Positions 1-7,729 of a DNA stretch of 12,102 nt are shown in pieces (position 1 is the first letter of the stretch; every line of letters starts with the position of its first letter). Source of the stretch: Octopus sinensis (taxonomy: Eukaryota); assembly GCF_006345805.1 (NCBI RefSeq), contig NW_021826977.1:1-12102 (forward strand), written 5' to 3'. Position numbers and translations under genes: made by a program. The notes below the pieces were generated by a model. It was not told where the DNA came from, searched no databases, and saw only the letters and a program-made list of their open reading frames with translations.

Positions 1-47
1 CGCCAGCATACGAGCAACAAACACACGGAGACCCGTACTCACACATT

Positions 48-112
48 ATCACACACACACAGACATATACACAGACACACACGCATATACACAGACACAC
101 GCACACACACAC
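48..112. repeat. CA-rich compound microsatellite
   Basis: Interrupted (CA)n with CAGA/CATA variants read directly from the sequence. Confidence 0.9.
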
Positions 113-516
113 AAGCGAACGCATAGGCCAACAGACTCACCAGCAGACACACATTCCAACGCATTCGCTGTCGAAACCGCACACCAGCACGTGCAACCGC
201 AGACAGACGTCGTAAATACGCAAAGCGAAAGCTAAAACCACAACAAAACAACAAGTAAAGAGTCATTAACACATCAGTTGTTTTAATGCTTCTCACCTCT
301 ATTTTGAGGATTGTGAAATCTGACAATCACTGCCAACGCTCTGGACATTGACAGAAAGCATTCACACTTAGCGCACGCAGACACACACACTATATATATA
401 TATATACACAGCCATACACACATATACGCATAGCACATCACAGATTCAGTGAAGAGAAGTGGCATTCCGTCGCTTACGACGATAAATGTTCCGTTTGATC
501 CAATCAACGAAACAGC

Positions 517-640
517 ATTCATGCAGTTCTCATTGTGCTTTGTGGCACTTGAGGCGAGAACAAGGTAATCCCACCTTCCAACACTGAAAAGGTTCTTCAC
601 AGCTTGTCCCATTATTAACCCTCTGCTATTAAGATCTTCT
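517..640 (-). pseudogene. RTE-clade LINE reverse transcriptase, extreme C-terminal fragment (distal half, after the Family A insertion)
   Basis: Minus strand translates EDLNSRGLIMGQAVKNLFSVGRWDYLVLASSATKHNEN. It is in frame with the 1814-1988 fragment once the 641-1813 insert and one TSD copy are removed, and resembles the RTE C-terminal pattern (..ELK.RGL.WGEA..LA.DR.RWR.LV.ALCA..). Confidence 0.75.
633..640. repeat. Target-site duplication GATCTTCT (partner at 1814-1821)
   Basis: Identical 8-mer on both sides of the 641-1813 insert; removing the insert restores the RTE reading frame. Confidence 0.85.
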
Positions 641-1807
641 TATTTCTTTATTGCCCACAGGAGGGGACAAGCAAGGACAGACGAAGGGATTAAGTCGATT
701 ACATCGACCCCAGTGCATAACTAGTACTTAATTTATCGACCCCGAAAGGATGAAAGGCAAAGTCGACCGTAGCGGAATTTGAACTCGGAACGTAACGACA
801 GACCAAATACCTATTTCTTTACTACCCACAAGGGATTAAACGTAGAGGGGACAAACAAGGACAGACATAGGTATTAAGTCGATTACATCGACCCCAGTGC
901 GTAACTGGTACTTAATTTATCCACCCCGAAAGGATGAAAGGCAAAGTCGACCTCGGCGGAATTTGAACTCAGAACGTAACGGCTGACGAAATACCTATTT
1001 CTTTACTACCCACAAGGGGCTAAACATAGAGGGGACAAACAAGGACAGACATAGGTATTAAGTCGATTACATCGACCCCAGTGCGTAACTGGTACTTAAT
1101 TTATCGACCCCGAAAGGATGAAAGGTAAAGTCGACCTCGGCGGAATTTGACTGACAAAGTAACGGCAGACGAAATACCGCTAAGCATTTCACCCGGCGTG
1201 CTAACATTTTTTATTTCTTTACTACCCACAAGGGGCTAAACACAGAGGGGACAAACAAGAACAGACATAGGTATTAGGTCGATTACATCGACCCCGGTGC
1301 GTAACTGGTACTTATTTAATCGACCCCGAAAGCATGAAAGGCAAAGTCAACCTCGGCGTAATTTCAGCTCAGAACGTAAGACAGACAAATACCTATTTCT
1401 TTACTACCCACAAGGGGCTAAACACCGAGAAGACAAACAAGGATAGACAAAGGGATTAAGGCGTTTATATCGACCCCAGTGCGTAACTGATATTTAATTG
1501 AAATACCCGAAATGATGAAAGGCAAAGTCGACCTCGGCGGGATTTGAACTCACAACGTAAAGACAGACGAAATACCTATTTCTTTACTACCCACAAGGGG
1601 CTAAGCACAGAGGGGACAAACAAGGATAGACAAAGGGATTAAGTCGATTACATCGACCCCAGTGCGTAACTGGTACTTAATTTATCGACCCCGAAAGGAT
1701 GAAAGGCAAAGTCGACCTCGGCGGAATTTGAACTCAGAACGTAACGGCAGACGAAACACTGCCAAGCATTTCGCCCGGCGTGCTAACGCTTCCGCCACCT
1801 CGCCGCC
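641..1807 (-). mobile_element. Family A tRNA-headed SINE-like tandem array: full head + 3 units, then A5 linker, 5'-truncated head + 3 units
   Basis: Unit boundaries (TATTTC) at 641, 812, 996, 1212, 1394, 1577. Full head at 1760-1807 (minus GGCGGCGAGGTGGCGGAAGCGTTAGC..); truncated head at 1179-1205. B-box-like GAGTTCAAATTCC present in most units (degenerate in some). Confidence 0.9.
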
Positions 1808-1813
1808 TTTCAG

Positions 1814-1988
1814 GATCTTCTGTTATTGATCTCCGCCAGGTTTCCTTTGGTCGGCCTCGACTTCTTTTTCCTTGTGGAACCCATTGCAAAGCGATCGTCC
1901 TGACAATAGAGTTGGGTTCCTAGCGACAAACTCGACCCAGCCATTTCCATCTGCTTGCTTTAAGAGTTCCTCTTACTGGTTTCAAGTT
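1814..1988 (-). pseudogene. RTE-clade LINE reverse transcriptase C-terminal fragment (proximal half)
   Basis: Minus strand translates NLKPVRGTLKASRWKWLGRVCR*EPNSIVRTIALQWVPQGKRSRGRPKETWRRSITED, matching the RTE pattern RW.W.GHV.R..W.P.GKR.RGRPK.TWRR. In-frame TAG at 1920-1922. Confidence 0.85.
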
Positions 1989-2029
1989 AGCCTTGAATGA
2001 TCATATACGATCGGTGGAGCTTCATTTTG

Positions 2030-2082
2030 CCTCATAACTTTCAGAAAAAATTGATATTTTTTAATGAAAATTTCTACAGATA
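2030..2082. repeat. AT-rich dispersed motif CTCATAACTTTCAGAAAA..TTTTTAATG.AA.TTT (second copy ~3145-3190); possible DNA-element relic split by the Family A array
   Basis: Two diverged direct copies flank the 2124-3075 array. Element class is inferred only. Confidence 0.4.
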
Positions 2083-2123
2083 TGCTTCAGATGGTGTAGA
2101 TTCTAATTATATATGGCGATAAA

Positions 2124-3075
2124 GGCGGCGAGCTGGCAGAGACGTTAACACGCCGAGCGAAATGCTTAGCGGTATTTCCTCTGTCGTTACGTTCTGAGTT
2201 CATATCCGCCGAGGTCGACTTTCCCTTTCATCCTTTCGGGGTCGATTAAATAAGTACCAGTTACGCACTGGGGTCGATATAATCGACTTAATCCGTTTAT
2301 CTGTCCTTGTTTGTCCCCTCTGTGTTTAGCCCCTTGTGGGTAGTAAAGAAATAGGTATTTCCTCTGCCGCTACGTTCTGAGTTCACATTCCGCCTAGGTC
2401 GACTTTGCCTTTCATCCTTTTGGGGTCGATAAATTAAGTACCAGTTACGTACTGGGGTCGATATAATCGACTTAATCTGTTTGTCTCATCTGTATTTAGC
2501 CCCTTGTGGGTAGTAAAGAAATAGGTATTTCGTCTGCCGCTACGTTCTGAGTTCAAATTCCGCCGAGGTCGACTTTGCCTTTCATCCTTTCGGGGTCGAT
2601 TAAATAAGTACCAGTTACGCACTGGGGTCGATATTATCGACTTAATCCGTTTATCTGTCCTTGTTTGTCCCCTCTATGTTTAGCCCCTTGTGGGTAGTAA
2701 AGAAATAGGTATTTCGTCTGTCGCTACGTTCTGAGTTCAAATTCCGCCGAGGTCGACTTTGCCTTTCATCCTTTCGGGGTCGATTAAATAAGTACCAGTT
2801 ACGCACTGAGGTCGATATAATCGACTTAATCCGTTTATCTGTCCTTGTTTGTCCTCTCTATGTTTAGCCCCTTGTGGGTAGTAAAGAAATAGGTATATCC
2901 TCTGTCGCTACGTTCTGAGTTCACATTCCGCCGAGGTCGACTTTGCCTTTCATCCTTTTGGGGTCGATAAATTAAGTACCAGTTACGAACTGGGGTCGAT
3001 GTAATCGACTTAATCCGTTTGTCTGTCCTTGTTTGTCCCCTCTGTGTTTAGCCCCTTGTGGGTAGTAAAGAAATA
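2124..3075 (+). mobile_element. Family A array: 47-bp head + 5 units
   Basis: Head 2124-2170 with A-box-like TGGCAGAGACG (2134). Units start GGTAT at 2171, 2354, 2524, 2708, 2892 (183, 170, 184, 184, 184 bp) and end AAAGAAATA. Confidence 0.92.
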
Positions 3076-3567
3076 TATATATATTGTGAAAGACAAATTG
3101 GTCTGAGGAGTTACGGAAAATTCACGCGAGACGTATTTCGTTACTCATAACTTTCAGAAAATGGGAAATTTTTAATGGAATTTTCACGTTAGCTTTCGTG
3201 TGTAGTTGGCTGCTCGAGACAATATTCGACCAGTGGACCTTCAAAATGTTTCGTAAAAATTTATTTTGAAACTCTTCCAATTTCTTTTCAGTACTTTTGG
3301 TTCTTTTCCAAAATTTGGATCCACAGAGGACGTTGCTTTCGTGAAATCGTAATTTGGTGCGCTTTCTTAGAATTCCAAATTTCCATTTTCAGTTTAATAC
3401 ACGTAAAACTGCAACGCATTGACGAGTAGACATCTGTTGATGGCGACTTCATTTGTCATTCGAGGCACTGAAACTCTATTTGGGTTTGCTGAGGATTAAT
3501 AATTTCCATATTCATTATTTACATTATTTACATTTGACGGATACTTGTCCTCATCTTGTTTGTTGTT

Positions 3568-3613
3568 AACACAACGTTTCTGCTACTATACCCTCCAGCC
3601 TTCATCAGGTGTC
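3568..3613 (-). ncRNA. Minimal type I hammerhead ribozyme motif, copy 1 (helix II damaged)
   Basis: GACAC-CUGAUGA-A-GGCUG(gagggtatag)UAGCA-GAAA-C-GU-U-GUGUU. Helix I GACAC/GUGUU; the basal pair of helix II is G.A instead of G-C. Confidence 0.75.
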
Positions 3614-3686
3614 TGGGGGGAAATTTGGAAACTGGGTTCTTATTCCTAAGGTATTTTTCGATGTTGTTATTATTATTATTATTATT

Positions 3687-3935
3687 GAGTGAGAGAGCTG
3701 TGCATGCCATCAAACTGACACTGGGGTAAAATATAAGAAGCCCAATATACCCATCATGACTACCCCTCTGATAAGGGTACACCAGGCACATGCATCACAA
3801 CCATATGTGCGCAACATGGTGATCTCATATCAAGATAAACAGCACATGACCTTGCAGGTGGGGCCCAGTTAGAATTTTCTTCAGGTTGAGTAGCCCATCC
3901 CGCTCAAAAGGTCCCTGAATAAGGGTTGTTTAAGG
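3687..3935 (-). mobile_element. ~250-bp retroposon-like segment embedded in an (AAT)n tract; possibly the 3' end of a TAA-targeting non-LTR element
   Basis: Non-repetitive segment flanked on both sides by (ATT)n (3669-3686 and 3936-3995); the minus strand ends ..CTCTCTCACTC(AAT)n. No coding homology recognised, so the clade is inference. Confidence 0.5.

Positions 3936-3995
<60 letters not shown>
3936..3995. repeat. (ATT)20 microsatellite
   Basis: Perfect 60-bp trinucleotide run. Confidence 0.97.
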
Positions 3996-3999
<4 letters not shown>

Positions 4000-4070
4000 T
4001 TACTGACTGGAATCGAACTCGGAATCTTGGGGCTAGTAACCCGCGCTCTTAACCACTACGCCATATGCCC
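3996..4070 (-). promoter_or_regulatory. tRNA-derived head with internal Pol III promoter
   Basis: Minus GGGCATATGGCGTAGTGGTTAAGAGCGCGGG..GAGTTCGATTCCAG: A box TGGCGTAGTGG (4063-4053), B box GAGTTCGATTCC (4020-4009), tRNA-like spacing. Confidence 0.8.
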
Positions 4071-4072
4071 CA

Positions 4073-4118
4073 GACACCTGATGAAGGCTGGAGGGTATAT
4101 CAGCCGAAACGTTGTGTT
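4073..4118 (+). ncRNA. Minimal type I hammerhead ribozyme motif, copy 2 (intact core)
   Basis: Helix I GACAC(4073-77)/GUGUU(4114-18); CUGAUGA 4078-84; helix II GGCUG(4086-90)/CAGCC(4101-05); GAAA 4106-09; palindromic AACGUU in place of helix III; predicted cleavage after U4113. Confidence 0.85.
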
Positions 4119-4150
4119 AGCAACAAGCAAGATTAGGACAAATATCCGTC

Positions 4151-4350
4151 GCGTGTGTACCGTTGGCGATTTTTTTCCCTCTGTCTTCCCTTCTCTGGAC
4201 CTTTCCTTCTCCTATGTTTCCGACGAAGAGCTCCGCTCGAAAAGTTAGACCCTTCTTCTTTCCTTCTTTCCTGAGCGTCCAATAATACTATATTTGTTCC
4301 ACGTCCTCGCGTTGTTGTGTTTTTTTGTGCTTTCTTGTTTGGATTAACCG
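4151..4350 (+). mobile_element. Pyrimidine-rich segment carrying a third, degenerate hammerhead; probable pseudo-LTR fragment of a different Penelope-like family
   Basis: Contains the motif at 4216-4250; sequence unrelated to Family C outside the ribozyme core. Boundaries approximate. Confidence 0.5.
4216..4250 (+). ncRNA. Degenerate minimal hammerhead motif, copy 3
   Basis: GUUU-CCGACGA-A-GAGC(ucc)GCUC-GAAA-A-GU-U-AGAC. Helices I and II pair; the core deviates at U4->C and C15.2->A. Confidence 0.6.
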
Positions 4351-4419
4351 TAAATAATATATAAGTGTATATATATATATATATATACCTCATCGCCAAC
4401 AGAAAATCTTTGTACACTT

Positions 4420-4972
4420 TACTCTTTTTTACTTTTTCATTTGTTTCAGTCATTTGACTGTGGCCATGCAGGAGCACCGCCTTTGGTCGTACAAATCAAA
4501 CTCACGACTTATACTTTGTAAGCCTACTACTTATTCCATAGATCTCTTTTGCCGAACTGCTAGGTAACGGGGACTTAACCACAACAGTGTTGGTCTCAAG
4601 GATAGTGGGGTCACAAGCACAGACATAACAAATACATACATATGTAGACATACGATGGGCTTCTTTCAGATTCCGTCAACCAAATCAACTCACAAGGCTA
4701 AGTGACGGGGACGTAAACACACCAGCATCGTTTGTCAAGCAATGCTAGGGGGACAAACACAGACACACAAACATACACACACAATACATATATATATATA
4801 TACATATATACGACACGCTTCTTTCAGTTTCCGTCTGCCAAATCAACTCACAAGGCATTGGTCGGCCCGAGGCTATAGTAGAAGACACTTGCCCTAGGTG
4901 CCACTCAGTGGGACTGAACCCAGAAGCATGTGCTTCGAAAACAGCCTTTTAACACACGGCCACTCCTACACC
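4420..4972 (-). mobile_element. Family B tRNA-headed SINE, diverged copy with duplicated internal segment
   Basis: Head (minus GGTGTAGGAGTGGCCGTGTG.. at 4972) and AGT/AAAG-rich tail at 4420. The segment GCTA.GT.ACGGGGAC..AAATCAACTCACAAGGC occurs twice (~4559-4698, ~4697-4856). Confidence 0.85.
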
Positions 4973-5017
4973 TATATGTCTACATATATTTAATATATCC
5001 ATAGCACAAAATATCGA

Positions 5018-5019
<2 letters not shown>

Positions 5020-5058
<39 letters not shown>

Positions 5059-5072
5059 ATTATATATATATA

Positions 5073-5123
<51 letters not shown>

Positions 5124-5162
5124 ATATATATATATAATATATGTATATATATATGCATTGTA

Positions 5163-5228
<66 letters not shown>

Positions 5229-5260
5229 TGTCTGTATGTAGTGTGTAATATATGTGTGTA
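5020..5260. repeat. Long interrupted (TA)n microsatellite
   Basis: Direct reading. Confidence 0.95.
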
Positions 5261-5334
5261 TATATTATGAAATCATTAATAGTCACTTTGAACTAAAAGA
5301 CTCAACTAATTCAATAGGCTGTGAATTTTCTATA

Positions 5335-5600
5335 CAGACATACATACAAACTTACACATACATACATACATACCATATATACATACACACATACACATAC
5401 ATGTATACATATGTCTGATAGTCAAACTAAATTATCCACTTATCAATACATGCATATACATACGCATACAAGCGTGTGTTTGTGTGTATATATAGATATA
5501 TACATACACATATATATACATACATATATATATATATATATATTTCTACATATATATATATATATGTATATACACGTACATGCATACGTGTATTGTTACT
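5335..5600. repeat. Compound CATA/TA/CA low-complexity repeat
   Basis: Direct reading. Confidence 0.9.
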
Positions 5601-5784
5601 ATTATTAATAGTGTTGTTGGTGTTTTTGTTATCGTTGTTATTATTCGTAGCCTGGACGAACTTTCATATTAAATGTTTTACAAGCAAGAATGTATATTAA
5701 AAACGAAAGTTAAAAACGGAAACAAAAGTCTATTTTATCATAAACACAGACCTTAGATTATAATAATATATTGAACAAACGACT

Positions 5785-6030
5785 ATATATATACATATGT
5801 ATGTATATGTGTATATATATATTTAGATATATAAACATATGTGCGTATGTGTCTATTTACATATATGTGTGTATGTATATATATACACAGATATATCAAT
5901 ATATATACATATATACGTATTTATATATATAAATATATGTTTATGTATATGTGTGTTCATATACACATAGTTGTATACCAACATAGACGTATACGCACAC
6001 ATAAGCACGTGTGTATATATATGTGTGAAT
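5785..6030. repeat. Compound TA/TG/CA low-complexity repeat
   Basis: Direct reading. Confidence 0.9.
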
Positions 6031-6347
6031 ACTTAGAAATACGCACATAATTATTATTACTTTTATTAAATATATTTTTCTAAAGAATGAATGTAATATG
6101 ATAACAAAAAATGGTTTAATATGAAAAAATATTTAATATAGTTTGATACAGAATAATTATTGACGGTACAGCTAAATGGATAAAAATATATTGAAAGTTT
6201 TAAAATAGTGATAATACCTAGAAAATGTCTGACTACGTTAAGTGATACTACTTCCGGTACAAAAGGAGCCATTTTTGTTTTCGAAGTTATGGCACAAGCC
6301 TAATAAATGTGTTCGGAACGGAAGTCACATACATCGAATCGAGTAAT

Positions 6348-6858
6348 CAACTGGTACTTGTTTTATCGACCTAGAACCGATAAGATGCACAGGCCCAGGG
6401 TGGCTGTGTGGTAAGTAGCTTGCTAACCAACCACATGGTTCCGGGTTCAGTCCCAATGCGTGGCATCTTGGGCAAGTGTCTTCTGCTATAGCATCGGGCC
6501 GACCAAAGCTTTGATAGACGGAAACTGAAAGAAGCTTGTCGTATATGTATATATATGTGTGTGTGTTTGTGTGTCTGGGTTTGTCCCCCTAACATTGCTT
6601 GACAACCGATGCAGGTGTGTTTACGTCCCCGTCAGCTAGCGGTTCGGCAAAAGAGACCGATAGAATAAGTACTGGGCTTACAAAGAATAAGTCCCGCGGT
6701 CGATTTGGTCGACTAAAGGTGGTGCTCCAGCATGGCCACAGTCAAATGACTGAAACAAGTAAAAGAGTAAAGAGTAAAGAGAGTCGACCTCGGTTGAAAA
6801 TGAATGAAGATACGGATGAAATGTAGCTAAGCATTTTATCCGGCAGCCTAAGGATTCT
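6348..6858 (-). mobile_element. Old, diverged Family A-related SINE (pieces 6348-6391 and 6782-6858) split by a Family B insertion
   Basis: Left piece CAACTGGTACTTGTTTTATCGACC and right piece AGTCGACCTCGG..GCTAAGCATTTTATCCGGC..CTAAGGATTCT are colinear with the Family A unit and head. Confidence 0.6.
6392..6780 (+). mobile_element. Family B tRNA-headed SINE
   Basis: A box TGGCTGTGTGG, B box GGGTTCAGTCCC, internal TA/TG tract, tail AGTAAAAGAGTAAAGAGTAAAGA; highly similar to 11290-11703. Confidence 0.92.
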
Positions 6859-6859
6859 T

Positions 6860-7645
6860 CGGTTGCATATTTGTATGAATAAAATCTTTTTTATGGAATA
6901 GAAAAAAGTTTGTCTTTATTTCTTCTCTTGCTGGTGTCTCAAATTTAGGTTAAATCAGTGTTTCTCAAAGGGGAGGCCTATGGGACGGTCGGACAAGTGG
7001 TTTTGAGAAAATTTGGTTTAAATGTTTGACAACTCAGCAACGTCAATTGGACGGGGGGCGTTTTGCTTTTGTATATATATATATATTACATAAAATCCGT
7101 TCTGTCTGTGTGTGTGTCTTCTTGGATCTCGGTCATCCTCCATCCGATTGCGCTCAAATTTGATATGTAGATACCGATGGTATCAGGGCGTAAATAAGTC
7201 TTGAAAAAATTTAAAAAATCGATTCCAGGTGAGAATACAATCGATAAAGCCGTTTTTGTCCTGCTTTTCTTCCGTTAACCTCTACATAACTGCACCTTCC
7301 ATTTTTTGTTGTTTTCGTACTGCTTAAAGGCATGTTTCTTTCCTGCCAAGCTTACTGTTTAAACCATGTTTTTGTTCTCCCTGTCAACAGCCTTATCATT
7401 ACTGGTACTTTAAACTCTGCGGTTGCATATTTGTGTGAATAAAATCGTTTTTCTTTGGAATAGAACAAAAGTCTATCTTTATTTCTTCTTTTGTTGGTTT
7501 CTCAAATTTAGGTTAAATTAGTGTTTCTCAAAGGGGAGGCCAATGGAACAGGGGTGACAAGTTGTTTTGAGAAAATTTGGTTTAAATGTTTGACAACTCA
7601 GCACCGTCCATTGGACGGGGGCAGCGTTTTGCTCGCAGATACTAT
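6860..7645 (+). mobile_element. Probable non-autonomous Helitron-like element with an upstream partial tandem copy
   Basis: ~210-bp diverged direct repeat (6860-7067 vs 7420-7633). The apparent full copy starts with TATATA..TAAAA + TCTGTCTGTGTG (~7072) and ends with a GC hairpin GCAGC-GTTTT-GCT(C)GC (7621-7636) followed by CTAT (7642-45; CTRR expected). Confidence 0.45.
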
Positions 7646-7712
7646 TTCTGCTCGCATGCTCTTGCGTGAGACACATTTAAAATGAATATTTTTCCCTTCA
7701 TTCCCAACAATT

Positions 7713-7723
7713 CAGGAAGAACA
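7713..7723. repeat. Target-site duplication CAGGAAGAACA (partner at 9971-9981)
   Basis: Identical 11-mer flanking the 12-unit array, each followed closely by AACC. Confidence 0.75.
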
Positions 7724-7729
7724 ACAACC

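Larger units (their letters stand above)
3513..4070 (-). mobile_element. tRNA-headed, hammerhead-bearing non-autonomous retroelement (Family C), interrupted by a ~250-bp insert in its (AAT)n linker
   Basis: Minus strand order: tRNA-like head (4070-3996), (AAT)n, insert, (AAT)n, body CATCGAAAAATACC.., hammerhead (3613-3568), short repeated tail AATGTAAAT x2 (~3534-3513). Confidence 0.65.

Noticed and set aside
283-612. 109-aa ORF as a gene
   Set aside because: Only the first ~30 codons are the RTE tail; the ATG is internal to the decayed RT and the rest crosses microsatellite.
925-1000. Hammerhead in the antisense Family A unit (GGAUGA..CGAAAU; CTGACGAAAT near 983)
   Set aside because: Lacks C3-U4 or an intervening helix II, and no helix I/III pairing.
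2108-3090. TSD around the five-unit array (TATATATGGCGATAAA vs TATATATTGTGAAAG)
   Set aside because: Low complexity and several mismatches; not distinguishable from chance.
3996-4070. Genuine tRNA gene
   Set aside because: D and anticodon stems are mismatched, the acceptor stem is not restored, and it runs into (AAT)n with no T-run terminator; it is better explained as a SINE-type head. No isotype assigned.
3528-4248. ORFs sharing PRHLMKAGGY (3528-3791, 4027-4248)
   Set aside because: The shared peptide is the hammerhead nucleotide sequence read in both inverted copies.
5047-6050. YI/HT/CV-rich ORFs
   Set aside because: Translations of dinucleotide microsatellites.
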